Shown: positions 45,267 to 64,000 of the stretch, one piece after another
Layout: the number at the start of each line of letters is the position of its first letter
How positions within the stretch are numbered: the first letter of the stretch is position 1
Assembly (NCBI GenBank): GCA_012295275.1
Contig: CM022678.1
Span: 4,216,001 to 4,280,000, forward strand
Direction: 5' to 3'
Origin: Chrysomallon squamiferum
Taxonomy: Eukaryota > Animalia > Mollusca
Length of the DNA stretch: 64,000 nucleotides
Notes under the pieces: model-generated
What the model was told of the DNA's origin: nothing
Databases searched by the model: none
The model's input: only the letters and a program-made list of their open reading frames with translations
Program-made: the position numbers and the translations under genes

Positions 45267-45450
45267 AATTATTAGTGACCAGTACACAAATAAAATCCTG
45301 ATACAAACTATGTGTTATACAGAGTAATGTATATTTTTCTCACATGACGTCACACTGTACCAAGGAGACATAACAACAAAACCTGATACAAGGAAGGCTT
45401 TTGGCTCCACAGTTAAACAGATCATTTACGTATTTTACGTGATTGGTTGA
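45267..45450 (-). promoter_or_regulatory. Family promoter module with CRE (45345-45352)
   Basis: Conserved block, CRE 86 nt upstream of the gene F ATG. Confidence 0.6.
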
Positions 45451-46787
45451 GCAATAACAACGTGGCAGTTCGACAGAGAGAGAGAAAAAGAATAACAGGG
45501 TTTCTTGAAAAAGTGACTCGTCTGAGATTTTTAAATCAATACAGTTGAAATGGACTGACAAAAATTATCAGATAATAAATTACTTAACAAATAATAGAGG
45601 TACAGATTAGTAGATTGAAATTTGCCGATATAACTAACAGATTCGAAATTATCGATTATCGGAACCTGATATTTATTTATCCATATACTGAGAATTGGTA
45701 ATTAACTGACGCAAGTATATTATTTACTGAGGAATACACTGATGTTTACTGAATAACCTATTTATATTTACTGATTAGTACAAAAATATATTATAAACGT
45801 ACTGAAATCTACTGACAAAAACACTTGCATTTGCTGACTAATGTACTTATATTTATTAAAATGTGTACATTAATCATTAAATATCAGTATATTGGTAACG
45901 GTCTCAGAAGTATTGACTGTTGTACTTGTCTTCAGTCGCAGATTCTAATTTACTGATCAGCGGTCGATGACGTGCTGACTTCGTGACTGTTTCTAATTTT
46001 TGTTGGCACGATGTTCAGTTTTGAACTGCTGAGGAGGTAAATACTTATTGTAATCAGGTAACAAAATCCTTCTAGACCGTGTGACAAATCAGACAACACC
46101 TGTGACCCAGGACCCTTTGTCATACAACGAGGTATTTCTAAACGAAAGATCAATCTAAACGAGCCAGATGCATTTAACACGAATCCACATGTTCGTGTTA
46201 AATCACTGATCCACGAAGAACTTTAATGTATATACGTATTTTCAGGATTTGAATATTCTCTGTCTAATGTTCACTAGAATAGTCTCTGCACATTAGACAA
46301 TATACTAGTCTCGAGACTTGCAGACATGGCACTCATTCGCCGCCGAACAATGACGAAGTTACACTTCGGCCATCAAGACAACCTCGAGAAAAGTTGCTCA
46401 AATTCCCACGAAACACTCCGTTATTTGCCTTTTGTTCATTTTGTATGTGTGTGTGTGTCTTTTTCTTCTTCTTCTTCTTCTTCTTCTTCTTATTATTATT
46501 ATCATTCTATTATTGTTATTGTTATTATATTATTATTATTAATTATTATTATTACTATTATTGTTATTGTTATTATTATTAATTATTAGTATTATTATCA
46601 ATTATTATTATTATTAATTATTATTATTACTATTATTGTTATTATTATTATTATTATTAATTATTATTATTATTAATTATTATTATTATTGTTATTGTTA
46701 TTATTATTATTATTATTAATTATTGTTATTGTTATTATTATTATTATTATCAATTATTATTATTATTATTAATTATTATTATTATTA

Positions 46788-46837
<50 letters not shown>

Positions 46838-46840
46838 TAC

Positions 46841-50168
<3,328 letters not shown>

Positions 50169-52019
50169 CATTGTACTATGGAGACATCATAACGAAATAT
50201 GATACAAGGAAGGCTATTTGACTGCTTAGCTGAACAGTTCATTTTTTATTTGTCTAACTGAGCGAAAATGATGTTCCAGTTCAACAGACAGAAAATAAAC
50301 GTTAACCAGCAAGAATAAAACAATCGAATTTCTTGAAAAAAAGACTAGTCTCACTTGTTTGTTTTTGTGTTTTTTTGACAATGGAGTTGAAATTGACTGA
50401 CCTACTGACTGAAATTATCACCTAATAAATTACTTAGACAAAAATAGCAGATGTAAAGACTAATAGCCTGAAACGTGCCGATATAACTGACGGATTCGAA
50501 TATACCGATTATCGGAACGAGATATTTATTTATCGACAGACTGAGATTTACTGATTCACTGACGTGAGTCACTCACTGACGCAGGTACATTCTGCAAATT
50601 GTGACCTGACATTTACTGATTAACGGACAAAAATGTACTGAGTGACTAACGGACAAATTTATAGACTGACGCTCTGATAGGTCTATTTTTGACTAATATA
50701 AACTAAATAATACACCAATATATACTGACTAATGTACCGATATTTATTGACTACAGCAGTTGAATTTACTCACGAACATAACAATATTTACTCGCTAATG
50801 TACTGAGATTTAATAAAAAGCAAATTCACATTTAGTGACTAACATATTTATATTTACTGACAATATACTTATATATATTGACTAATATATTTATATTTAC
50901 TGAATAATGCACTCAACTGTACTAACTTACTAATGTACTAATATATACAGACTAATGCGCTAATATATACTGACTAGTGTACTAACATTTACTAACTAAT
51001 GTTCTAATAATTACTCCCTAATCTACTAACTTTTACTAACGGACTCAAATGTGTCGACTGTTGTACTCGTCTTCAGTCCCAGATTGTAATTTACTGATTA
51101 ACGGACCATGACGTGCTGACTGCTCGGCTGTTTGAAGTTCTCATTGACACACTAATACAGTTTTAAAATGCTAAGGAGGTAAATACTTATTGTAATAAGG
51201 TAACAGGAAACCTGTTCTTCTAGACCGTGTGACAAATGAGATGAAACCAGTGACCTATGACTCTTTGTCATACAACGAGGTATTTCAAAACGAAGGCGGC
51301 TGATGTTACCGTTCGGCGATCGAGACAAGCTTAACAAAGTTTGCTCAGTAACCGAGGTTAATCATCGCTTGCCACCAAGAACGCCGTTCTCAGTTGTTGT
51401 TGTCATTGTCATTGTCATTGTTATTGTTGTTGTTGTTGTTGTTGTTGTTGTTATTATTATTATTTAGACACAGAAGCCTATAAGATGCTATAAAACCATT
51501 TTAATTACGTAATTTGAATTCTTTTGAATATATTGGTACATTCTTCAGTAAATATTAGTACAATAGTCAGTAAATATTTGTGCATTAGTCAGTAAATACC
51601 AGTACATTAGTGTGCTGTTATCAGTAACGTTAGTCAGTAACTTTCGCTATGTTGGTGAGTAAATATTAATACATTAGTAAAAACATATCAATACATAGTC
51701 AATAAGCATTTATCACTAAATTTCTATCAGTCAGTAAATTTTCGTCCACCAATCAGCACATTTCGGTTCTTTAGTCATTAAATGTTAGGCCGTAATTTGC
51801 TTAATGTACTTTCGTCAGTCAATCAACAAATCTCATTTGATCGATAAATAAATATCTGGTTCGGATAATCGGTATATTCAAATCCGTCAATTATATTGGG
51901 AAGTTTCAGTCAAAAAAAATGAGACTAGTATGTTATTCAAGAAATTCGATTATTTTATTCTTACTGTTTATTTTTTATTTTCTATCTGTTGAACAGACAC
52001 ATTATTATTGGTCAACCAA

Positions 52020-52195
52020 TCGCATAAAATATATAAATGATCTGTTTAACTGTGGAGTCAAAAAGCCTTCCTTGTATCAGATTGTGTTGTTATGTCTCCT
52101 TGGTACAGTGTGACGTCATGTGATAAAAATATACATTACTCTGTATAACACATAGTTTGTATCAGGATTTATTTGTGTACTGGGCTCTAATAATT
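52020..52195 (+). promoter_or_regulatory. Family promoter module with CRE (52111-52118)
   Basis: Conserved block, CRE 85 nt upstream of the gene H ATG; 51290-52740 is an inverted copy of the gene D 5' region. Confidence 0.6.
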
Positions 52196-53216
52196 ATGGA
52201 TACACTGAGATTTGTTCTAATTTCAATTTTGATATCTTCAACAAAATCAGGTAAATGTGTTTATTCATATACTTATTTATTTAATTACTTTCTTATATTG
52301 AGCTCCATATATATATTTACAAACACATATACGTATTTGTAAATATATATAACCCCTGCTATATAGGAGCAAATTTTAATTTGATTTAAGAAACATATGA
52401 AAAGACATTATGTCTATAATAATAATAATAATAGCAGGAAAAAAAACATTTCTAGGTCAACAAAATTATTGTTTAAAATGTTGTAAGCTTAGATCTTTGT
52501 CTGATATTTCTACCTTATCTCTTTGTTTTGCCAAGTCCTGCTTGTATGCCCTTAAACAGTCATTTTGTATAAAATCATTGAATATATACAATTTCAACGT
52601 CTGATATATATATATTTATTTATTTATTTATTTATTCTGTATAAGCTTGCTGATGTGTACGAATAGTATTTCAAAATTGTATGGTATATGTATTTCATAT
52701 TATCCATCTAAGTTTGAATGTATGTATGTATGTATGTATGTATAAATATGTGTCTGTGTGTGTTTATCTGAATGTGTATCTATGAATGTGTTTGTGTTTG
52801 TTTGTTATGACATCTCCATGGTGCAGGATGATATCATCTGACGAAACTATAAGCTAGAAATAGCTGGGGGTTTTTTAGTTTTTATATTTTGCCTTTACTT
52901 CCCTTTTGTTTCCATTGAAATCAGCGTTAAAAATATCTACAGTTATTGTTAGAGAACAGTTCACTAAGCCCTTAACAGTGACTCACCACAGCGGTTTCTT
53001 AATATTACAAACACGCTCTGTCACGCCTCTGTCAACGTTAACAATAACTTTTTTATTTTCATTCAACGATATAGGATATTTCAAAGCAACGACCTTTATT
53101 ATAATTACTCAAGTTTCTGTGTATTTGAGTATGTGTATGGGTATATGTGTGTGTGCCCGTATGTGTGTCTCTGTATGTATCTCTGTGAATGTGTATGTAT
53201 CTGTGTATAAATGTAA

Positions 53217-53251
<35 letters not shown>

Positions 53252-54005
53252 GCTATGTACATATGTTTCCATGTCTGTCTGTGTGTGTGTGTGTGTGTGT
53301 ATGTATATATATATGTGCACAAACACTTACGCACACATAATGCAGTTTTAACTGTAGCACATGTTTAATTATTTAACTAAACTATATATATATATAATAC
53401 GTAAATGGTCTAAACAAACGTTCAAATGACCAGTAAATGTAATGAAATCTAGAGCCTGGTATATGGTTTTGTTACGACACCTCCAAGGTGCATTGTGATA
53501 TCATCTGACGAAACTACAAGCTAGAAATACGTGTCGTTTTTTTCGTTATTATATTTTGTCTCCAACAATCAAATTCATGTGCGGATTACTATTTGGTCTA
53601 TTTTTCTTAGTCCTATTTTCGACAGAAAATGGTGATTTATTTATATATTTACTATTAATCTCTCTCTCAAAATAATTTTTGACCATATTTTTAAAATTAT
53701 TTTGATTGTTTATAGTGAATGGTTTGCTGTGTAGGAATCTTCTCAAAGCTGTGGAAAATATTACACACTTAGAATCAGACACTTACCCTGGGTAAGTACT
53801 ACTGCTATTAGTACTACAAAGCTTCCGCTCCTAATACTAATACTGCTAGCTCCACTACTATCCCTATTATTCCTCATATTGCTATAGCTAGTAATATTAA
53901 TAATGGATGTTGTTATTGTAGTAGTAAAATTGATTTTACTAGAAACGGCATCAGTAGTAATAGTAATAGTTGGTGTATTAATAATATTGACGGCTTAGCA
54001 TAATA

Positions 54006-54050
<45 letters not shown>

Positions 54051-55393
54051 CATCATTTACTATTACTGCTTTTAGTTCTACTATTACTCTTACTATTATA
54101 AATATTATCCCACTAACTGGTAGTGCCAGTAGATTTTTAATACTGGAAGTGGTTAGTGGTAGTAATAACAGCAGCAATAGTATTAGTTATAGTGGTAATA
54201 GTAGTATTACCAAAACTGTAGTTGCCGTGGTAGTAGAAGCAATAGTAATAGTAGTAATAGCAGCAGTAGTAGTAGTGCTGACAGTAGCAGTAGTCAAATT
54301 TATAGCCGTCGTGATAGTAGTACTGGTAGTAATAGGAATACTGGAAGCAATTATAATCGATGTAGTGAAAGTAATAGTAGTAAGAGCTGTATTAATGTTC
54401 TCCAAATAACAGTTGTAATAACTATTAATAGCAAAACATAATACATTAATTAAGTTTGTACATTGTTCTTGTTGTTGCTGCTGATGATGATTTTGTTGTT
54501 GCTATTATTATTATTATTACTATTATTATTACTATTATTATTATTATTAATATTATTATTATTATTATTATTATTTACTAATTCGTTACGTAATTAATTT
54601 ACTTCTTCATTCATTCTTGTATTTATTTATTTATTTATTTTTCTAGAGTAGAGTGTGAATGGACACTGAATGCGCCACCTGGTCATTACATCAATTTCCA
54701 ATTGATGTATATGAACTTCCAGTCATGTTCCGAAACCGTTCACGTTTACGACGGTAAGTTGTTCCATATGAAAACGTTAGTTTGTGGAATGGTTACTGTT
54801 GCCTAAGCAACACAAATATGAAACAGTTTGTCTACTTATCGGCTTGAGGTTAAACAAACAAGATTGATATGGTGTTAACAATTACTTTAATCTGAAGAAC
54901 ACGAATGTGCCACCGAGTAATAGAAATTTACTCTGAAATTTTATCTTTTTTAATTATTTATTTTCATTACTATTTTATATATATATATAGTCAAACATCT
55001 TTAACGTACAGTACATTTTTAGTCCGTTGTTGAGCAATCTTAACTAATAACAAAGTATAATAGTAAAAGAGTAGAGATTAAATCAGTCTAACCTGTGACG
55101 TCATGTTTTTATAGTCGTGACGTCACTGAGTAGATTGTGGAGCAGTTAGATGTGAAAATGTATTTATGATACAAATCTTAATGTTATGAAAAAGTGTAGT
55201 TTTGAAAACATTTTCAAGTAATATTTTATTTTCTCATAGGAAATTCTACATCAGACACAGCACTTGCCAAATGGCTATGTTATCGGTCGGAACCTGTTAA
55301 TAGCAGCGGCAATTCTGTTTTAATAAAATACCGTCCCTGTAACAAACAAAACAAATTCGATTTATTATTTAAAGCAATACCAGGTAATCTTTA

Positions 55394-55431
<38 letters not shown>

Positions 55432-55606
55432 TATTAAGAGTAAAATTACGAGTACGGAAAATGATAAGGATAATGACAATAATTTTAAGGATTATGCAAC
55501 TGATGAAGAGGATGATAACGGTGATAATGGTGATGGTACAATAATAACACTAATATTGAGATTAATGAAGATAAAGATGATGTTTTCATTTTTCTTTTAT
55601 TTATGT

Positions 55607-55637
<31 letters not shown>

Positions 55638-56653
55638 AATAGGTTATGATACCGTAACAGCTGAAATTTTTCTGAAATATCTGTCACCATATCCGGTCGC
55701 AGAGAACAGGAGCAGGTAAATTGTATTATTATTATTATTCGTACTACTACTACTACTTCTAAGTATTACTATTATTCTTATTATTTTCTTTATTAGGTAA
55801 CACCAATATTTATTATTTATTATTTATTTATTTACAGTATGTATGTCTTTATAATATATATATATATATATATATAGACGTATATATTCTTATATATTCC
55901 TGTTTATAATTAAGAAGTAATTAGTATATTTTGTTGTTTTTATTCTCTGTATAGGTATGCTTGGTTAATAGAAGCTGAAAACAGAACAGGATCCATTCAC
56001 TTAGAAGTAGTTGATGCTAATTTGAAGTACAGAAATGTCAGTTTATATGATGGTACGTAAAACGTATTACTTCTATCAAGAGTTCATGTATAAGTATTGT
56101 TGTTATTGTTGTTCTTGTTATTGTTTCGGTTATCATCATTATCATAATCATCATCATCATTATTACGAAAAAGTTTAAGTTACTTCTTATCTTGATTCTA
56201 TCCTTCTTCGGAGCACTTTATCATTATTTCAGGTAACAATGACCGAAGTCCTCGATTATACACAGGCGACTGGACTCGTTCAAGTCATAGACGCCATTAT
56301 GCATACAACAGTACCGGACGTTACATGTATCTGAAGTTAGAGGGTGACAGAAAAGCAACAGGACACGAATTTAAGGTGGAGTTTAGTCAACGCCCAAGTA
56401 AGTGTTGCTTTTAATTTCTTGTATCCGTCTGTCTGCCATATATATATACAACGACAATAACAACAATACTTATACATGAACTCTTGAAAGAAGTAATAAG
56501 TTTATATATATTATAAAGGCATATGTACATACATTTACATACATATACAAATACGTGCGTAGATACATACGTAGGTGGATGGATTAAAAGATATACCACA
56601 TGCATATCTATACTGTAAATAAATAATAAATCTATCTATCTATCTATATATAC

Positions 56654-56706
<53 letters not shown>

Positions 56707-57186
56707 TGTATGTATGTGTGTATGTATGTATCTATCTATCTATTTATCTGTATATCTATACATCTGTCTGTCAGTCAATTTTATCTGTCTGTCTTTATCT
56801 ATATATTTATCTCTATATATCTAGATTGCTTGATTCATTGACTGACGGACTAAATGAGTGAATGCCTGACTGCCTGACTCATTGATTGAATGAATGATAG
56901 AGAGATATTTATCAATGGGTAGGCTGGATGGACTTACGTGAGGTTTTCTTCTTTTCCAGAATGTGGAAGACTTTTTATAGCCTCCGAAAAGTCATCCTAC
57001 TTTTATGCAAATCTGAGTCAAAGGTTAGTTTGCCACCTGTAACGTGTGACTTTGTGCTTGTGACTAACTGTGCGTGTGTTTATCTTTATATGCTATGAAA
57101 TATGAAAAGCAAAACATAGACATGAAATATTTCCAGCCTGTTCTAAAATATTGTATCATCATCATCATCATCATCATCATTATTAC

Positions 57187-57250
<64 letters not shown>

Positions 57251-58396
57251 GCTGTACTAAACCGGACTTCATATTTTCTAAAAATATTTATTTCTCCGTT
57301 CTTCAGTCTGTCACAACCGCCACTATTGCAACAACAACCATTATAAGTTCAACCACCAATACTACCACCACTTCCACTTGATGTTGTTATTTATATTACT
57401 ATTATTATTATCATCATCATCATCATCATCATAATCATCATCATTATCATCACGGCCAGCATCATCACCATCATCATCATCATTATCACTACCAATACTT
57501 CTACTACTATTTAGGCTTAGTAAATGTTGGTGGACTATACAAGCTGCAGATACAAGCCAGACTGTTGAAGTTGAAATGTTACAGGCCGACCTCGATGGTT
57601 CTGACAGTTGTGAAGGTCATAACTTTACAGTTTATGATGGTAATTTTCCGTTTCCTTTTTTATAATTTTTTCTAAACAATTGTTTTTCCTTTTTTCTGCT
57701 GATTTTTGTTAATTCGCTGCTAAAATTACAATCATCTTAAATTAATAAATTGATTATAGAGTGACATGATACTTCCAATATTTGATTCTGTCTTTCTCTC
57801 TTGACGACAGGTAACGTAGTAAATTCTACGAAACTCGGAGGTTTCTGCAAGAAACAGACAGGATCGTACTCCAGTTCAGGTCAGTTATTTTCACGGGCTT
57901 GTTCCTTTCTTCTGAATACAAAGCTAAACACTTCCTCATACGATACACCTCAGTCGGTAAGTTAGTTAGAAGTACAATGCTATACTCAGATTTACATATG
58001 TGCGTACATACACATATAGATATACATATGTTAAAATATATTTATATTCGGAACACTCAAGAAATTAGAATAAATTAATAATACTAATACTGATATAATA
58101 ACAAAATAATAATAATGATAATAATAATAATAATAAAAGAAGAAGAAGAAGTAGAAGAAAGCAAACAACTACAATTATGTTTCTACAACAACAACAGAAA
58201 CAGCAACAGTGTTAATAGTTTCAGTTAAAACCAATTAAATTATTTTGGCTAGTATACAAATTCATTACAAATTCAGTGACATTTTTATCCCTACAGCTCC
58301 CGAAAATAAGTCTGGTATGATACTTGGAACAGTGTTTGGCATTCTGTTCATCGTCGTCGTAGTGATCATTGTACGATACTTGTTCTATGTGTTTAG
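52196..58396 (+). CDS. Gene H: signal peptide-CUB-CUB-CUB-(TM) paralog with a -1 frameshift in the last CUB exon; no RING exon in window
   Basis: Exons 52196-52250, 53716-53791, 54647-54753, 55240-55383, 55643-55715, 55955-56052, 56233-56397, 56960-57023, 57521-57639, 57811-57956 (146 nt versus 147 in D) and TM 58297-58396. All GT-AG. Confidence 0.8.
55096..55125. promoter_or_regulatory. Intronic paired CRE sites (TGACGTCA x2, 22 bp apart)
   Basis: Sites at 55096-55103 and 55118-55125; same intron and spacing as the pair in gene D. Confidence 0.55.
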
Positions 58397-58490
58397 GTAA
58401 ATAATAATAACAACAATAATGATAATAATAATAATTATAATAATAACAACAATAACAACAACATTAATAATAATAATTAAAATAATAATA

Positions 58491-58545
<55 letters not shown>

Positions 58546-58724
58546 TATTAAGAGTAAAATTACGAGTACGGAAAATGATAAGGATAATGACAATAATTTT
58601 AATGATTATGCAACTGATGAAGAGGATGATAACGGTGATAATGGTGATGGTACAATAATAACACTAATATTGAGATTAATGAAGATAAAGATGATGTTTT
58701 CATTTTTCTTTTATTTATGTATTT

Positions 58725-58755
<31 letters not shown>

Positions 58756-58760
58756 AATAG

Positions 58761-59770
58761 GTTATGATACCGTAACAGCTGAAATTTTTCTGAAATATCT
58801 GTCACCATATCCGGTCGCAGAGAACAGGAGCAGGTAAATTGTATTATTATTATTATTCGTACTACTACTACTACTTCTAAGTATTACTATTATTCTTATT
58901 ATTTTCTTTATTAGGTAACACCAATATTTATTATTTATTATTTATTTATTTACAGTATGTATGTCTTTATAATATATATATATATATATATAGACGTATA
59001 TATTCTTATATATTCCTGTTTATAATTAAGAAGTAATTAGTATATTTTGTTGTTTTTATTCTCTGTATAGGTATGCTTGGTTAATAGAAGCTGAAAACAG
59101 AACAGGATCCATTCACTTAGAAGTAGTTGATGCTAATTTGAAGTACAGAAATGTCAGTTTATATGATGGTACGTAAAACGTATTACTTCTATCAAGAGTT
59201 CATGTATAAGTATTGTTGTTATTGTTGTTCTTGTTATTGTTTCGGTTATCATCATTATCATAATCATCATCATCATTATTACGAAAAAGTTTAAGTTACT
59301 TCTTATCTTGATTCTATCCTTCTTCGGAGCACTTTATCATTATTTCAGGTAACAATGACCGAAGTCCTCGATTATACACAGGCGACTGGACTCGTTCAAG
59401 TCATAGACGCCATTATGCATACAACAGTACCGGACGTTACATGTATCTGAAGTTAGAGGGTGACAGAAAAGCAACAGGACACGAATTTAAGGTGGAGTTT
59501 AGTCAACGCCCAAGTAAGTGTTGCTTTTTAATTTCTTGTATCCGTCTGTCTGCCATATATATATACAACGACAATAACAACAATACTTATACATGAACTC
59601 TTGAAAGAAGTAATAAGTTTATATATATTATAAAGGCATATGTACATACATTTACATACATATACAAATACGTGCGTAGATACATACGTAGGTGGATGGA
59701 TTAAAAGATATACCACATGCATATCTATACTGTAAATAAATAATAAATCTATCTATCTATCTATATATAC

Positions 59771-59827
<57 letters not shown>

Positions 59828-60311
59828 TGTATGTATGTGTGTATGTATGTATCTATCTATCTATTTATCTGTATATATCTATACATCTGTCTGTCAGTCA
59901 ATTTTTTATCTGTCTGTCTTTATCTATATATTTATCTCTATATATCTAGATTGCTTGATTCATTGACTGACGGACTAAATGAGTGAATGCCTGACTGCCT
60001 GACTCATTGATTGAATGAATGATAGAGAGATATTTATCAATGGGTAGGCTGGATGGACTTACGTGAGGTTTTCTTCTTTTCCAGAATGTGGAAGACTTTT
60101 TATAGCCTCCGAAAAGTCATCCTACTTTTATGCAAATCTGAGTCAAAGGTTAGTTTGCCACCTGTAACGTGTGACTTTGTGCTTGTGACTAACTGTGCGT
60201 GTGTTTATCTTTATATGCTATGAAATATGAAAAGCAAAACATAGACATGAAATATTTCCAGCCTGTTCTAAAATATTGTATCATCATCATCATCATCATC
60301 ATCATTATTAC

Positions 60312-60390
<79 letters not shown>

Positions 60391-61535
60391 GCTGTACTAA
60401 ACCGGACTTCATATTTTCTAAAAATATTTATTTCTCCGTTCTTCAGTCTGTCACAACCGCCACTATTGCAACAACAACCATTATAAGTTCAACCACCAAT
60501 ACTACCACCACTTCCACTTGATGTTGTTATTTATATTACTATTATTATTATCATCATCATCATCATCATCATAATCATCATCATTATCATCACGGCCAGC
60601 ATCATCACCATCATCATCATCATTATCACTACCAATACTTCTACTACTATTTAGGCTTAGTAAATGTTGGTGGACTATACAAGCTGCAGATACAAGCCAG
60701 ACTGTTGAAGTTGAAATGTTACAGGCCGACCTCGATGGTTCTGACAGTTGTGAAGGTCATAACTTTACAGTTTATGATGGTAATTTTCCGTTTCCTTTTT
60801 TATAATTTTTTCTAAACAATTGTTTTTCCTTTTTCTGCTGATTTTTTGTTAATTCGCTGCTAAAATTACAATCATCTTAAATTAATAAATTGATTATAGA
60901 GTGACATGATACTTCCAATATTTGATTCTGTCTTTTCTCTTGACGACAGGTAACGTAGTAAATTCTACGAAACTCGGAGGTTTCTGCAAGAAACAGACAG
61001 GATCGTACTCAGTTCCAGGTCAGTTATTTTCACGGGCTTGTTCCTTTCTTCTGAATACAAAGCTAAACACTTCCTCATACGATACACCTCAGTCGGTAAG
61101 TTAGTTAGAAGTACAATGCTATACTCAGATTTACATATGTGCGTACATACACATATAGATATACATATGTTAAAATATATTTATATTCGGAACACTCAAG
61201 AAATTAGAATAAATTAATAATACTAATACTGATATAATAACAAAATAATAATAATGATAATAATAATAATAATAAAAGAAGAAGAAGAAGTAGAAGAAAG
61301 CAAACAACTACAATTATGTTTCTACAACAACAACAGAAACAGCAACAGTGTTAATAGTTTCAGTTAAAACCAATTAAATTATTTTGGCTAGTATACAAAT
61401 TCATTACAAATTCAGTGACATTTTTATCCCTACAGCTCCCGAAAATAAGTCTGGTATGATACTTGGAACAGTGTTTGGCATTCTGTTCATCGTCGTCGTA
61501 GTGATCATTGTACGATACTTGTTCTATGTGTTTAG
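58761..61535 (+). pseudogene. Copy 2 of the gene H CUB2-CUB3-TM exons
   Basis: Same exon set; CUB3c 60950-61095 is again 146 nt (frameshifted); TM exon 61436-61535. Confidence 0.75.
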
Positions 61536-61629
61536 GTAAATAATAATAACAACAATAATGATAATAATAATAATTATAATAATAACAACAATAACAACAA
61601 CATTAATAATAATAATTAAAATAATAATA

Positions 61630-61684
<55 letters not shown>

Positions 61685-61863
61685 TATTAAGAGTAAAATT
61701 ACGAGTACGGAAAATGATAAGGATAATGACAATAATTTTAATGATTATGCAACTGATGAAGAGGATGATAACGGTGATAATGGTGATGGTACAATAATAA
61801 CACTAATATTGAGATTAATGAAGATAAAGATGATGTTTTCATTTTTCTTTTATTTATGTATTT

Positions 61864-61894
<31 letters not shown>

Positions 61895-61899
61895 AATAG

Positions 61900-62908
61900 G
61901 TTATGATACCGTAACAGCTGAAATTTTTCTGAAATATCTGTCACCATATCCGGTCGCAGAGAACAGGAGCAGGTAAATTGTATTATTATTATTATTCGTA
62001 CTACTACTACTACTTCTAAGTATTACTATTATTCTTATTATTTTCTTTATTAGGTAACACCAATATTTATTATTTATTATTTATTTATTTACAGTATGTA
62101 TGTCTTTTATATATATATATATATATATATAGACGTATATATTCTTATATATTCCTGTTTATAATTAAGAAGTAATTAGTATATTTTGTTGTTTTTATTC
62201 TCTGTATAGGTATGCTTGGTTAATAGAAGCTGAAAACAGAACAGGATCCATTCACTTAGAAGTAGTTGATGCTAATTTGAAGTACAGAAATGTCAGTTTA
62301 TATGATGGTACGTAAAACGTATTACTTCTATCAAGAGTTCATGTATAATTATTGTTGTTATTGTTGTTCTTGTTATTGTTTCGGTTATCATCATTATCAT
62401 AATCATCATCATCATTATTACGAAAAAGTTTAAGTTACTTCTTATCTTGATTCTATCCTTCTTCGGAGCACTTTATCATTATTTCAGGTAACAATGACCG
62501 AAGTCCTCGATTATACACAGGCGACTGGACTCGTTCAAGTCATAGACGCCATTATGCATACAACAGTACCGGACGTTACATGTATCTGAAGTTAGAGGGT
62601 GACAGAAAAGCAACAGGACACGAATTTAAGGTGGAGTTTAGTCAACGCCCAAGTAAGTGTTGCTTTTAATTTCTTGTATCCGTCTGTCTGCCATATATAT
62701 ATACAACGACAATAACAACAATACTTATACATGAACTCTTGAAAGAAGTAATAAGTTTATATATATTATAAAGGCATATGTACATACATTTACATACATA
62801 TACAAATACGTGCGTAGATACATACGTAGGTGGATGGATTAAAAGATATACCACATGCATATCTATACTGTAAATAAATAATAAATCTATCTATCTATCT
62901 ATATATAC

Positions 62909-62962
<54 letters not shown>

Positions 62963-63435
62963 GTATGTATGTGTGTATGTATGTATCTATCTATCTATTT
63001 ATCTGTATATCTATACATCTGTCTGTCAGTCAATTTTTATCTGTCTGTCTTTATCTATATATTTATCTCTATATATCTAGATTGCTTGATTCATTGACTG
63101 ACGGACTAAATGAGTGAATGCCTGACTGCCTGACTCATTGATTGAATGAATGATAGAGAGATATTTATCAATGGGTAGGCTGGATGGACTTACGTGAGGT
63201 TTTCTTCTTTTCCAGAATGTGGAAGACTTTTTATAGCCTCCGAAAAGTCATCCTACTTTTATGCAAATCTGAGTCAAAGGTTAGTTTGCCACCTGTAACG
63301 TGTGACTTTGTGCTTGTGACTAACTGTGCGTGTGTTTATCTTTATATGCTATGAAATATGAAAAGCAAAACATAGACATGAAATATTTCCAGCCTGTTCT
63401 AAAATATTGTATCATCATCATCATCATCATCATCA

Positions 63436-63521
<86 letters not shown>

Positions 63522-63911
63522 GCTGTACTAAACCGGACTTCATATTTTCTAAAAAATATTTATTTCTCCGTTCTTCAGTCTGTCACAACCGCCACTATTG
63601 CAACAACAACCATTATAAGTTCAACCACCAATACTACCACCACTTCCACTTGATGTTGTTATTTATATTACTATTATTATTATCATCATCATCATCATCA
63701 TCATAATCATCATCATTATCATCACGGCCAGCATCATCACCATCATCATCATCATTATCACTACCAATACTTCTACTACTATTTAGGCTTAGTAAATGTT
63801 GGTGGACTATACAAGCTGCAGATACAAGCCAGACTGTTGAAGTTGAAATGTTACAGGCCGACCTCGATGGTTCTGACAGTTGTGAAGGTCATAACTTTAC
63901 AGTTTATGATG
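61900..63911 (+). pseudogene. Copy 3 of the gene H CUB2-CUB3 exons (runs off window)
   Basis: CUB2a through CUB3b exons essentially identical to copies 1 and 2. Confidence 0.7.
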
Positions 63912-64000
63912 GTAATTTTCCGTTTCCTTTTTTATAATTTTTTCTAAACAATTGTTTTTCCTTTTTTCTGCTGATTTTTGTTAATTCGCTGCTAAAATTA

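Larger units (their letters stand above)
55430..64000 (+). repeat. Tandem ~3.1 kb duplication of the CUB2-CUB3-TM exon block (at least 3 copies)
   Basis: CUB2a exon starts at 55643, 58761 and 61900 (periods 3118 and 3139 bp); copies differ almost only in microsatellite and homopolymer length. Confidence 0.92.

Overview
AT-rich, microsatellite-dense animal DNA (invertebrate; a mollusc/cephalopod-like texture is only an inference) with two 200-N scaffold gaps. The window is a rapidly rearranging cluster of spliced membrane-receptor genes that the ORF track shows only in fragments. Hand-splicing at GT/AG sites with matching intron phases gives type-I membrane proteins with a signal peptide, three CUB domains, one GxxxG-containing TM helix and a cytoplasmic TRIM-like C3HC4 RING finger, i.e. 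candidate receptor-type E3 ubiquitin ligases. Gene D (14219-21256, minus) is the full 12-exon model; A, C, E, G and H are partial, deleted or decayed paralogs. Interleaved with them are SRCR-domain receptor genes (B, F) that use the same CRE-containing promoter and 55-nt signal-peptide exon. The cluster shows inverted and tandem duplications, exon deletions with breakpoints in (AAT)n tracts, dead splice donors and orphan exons. Gene letters are my own labels; all models are manual and untested against transcripts.
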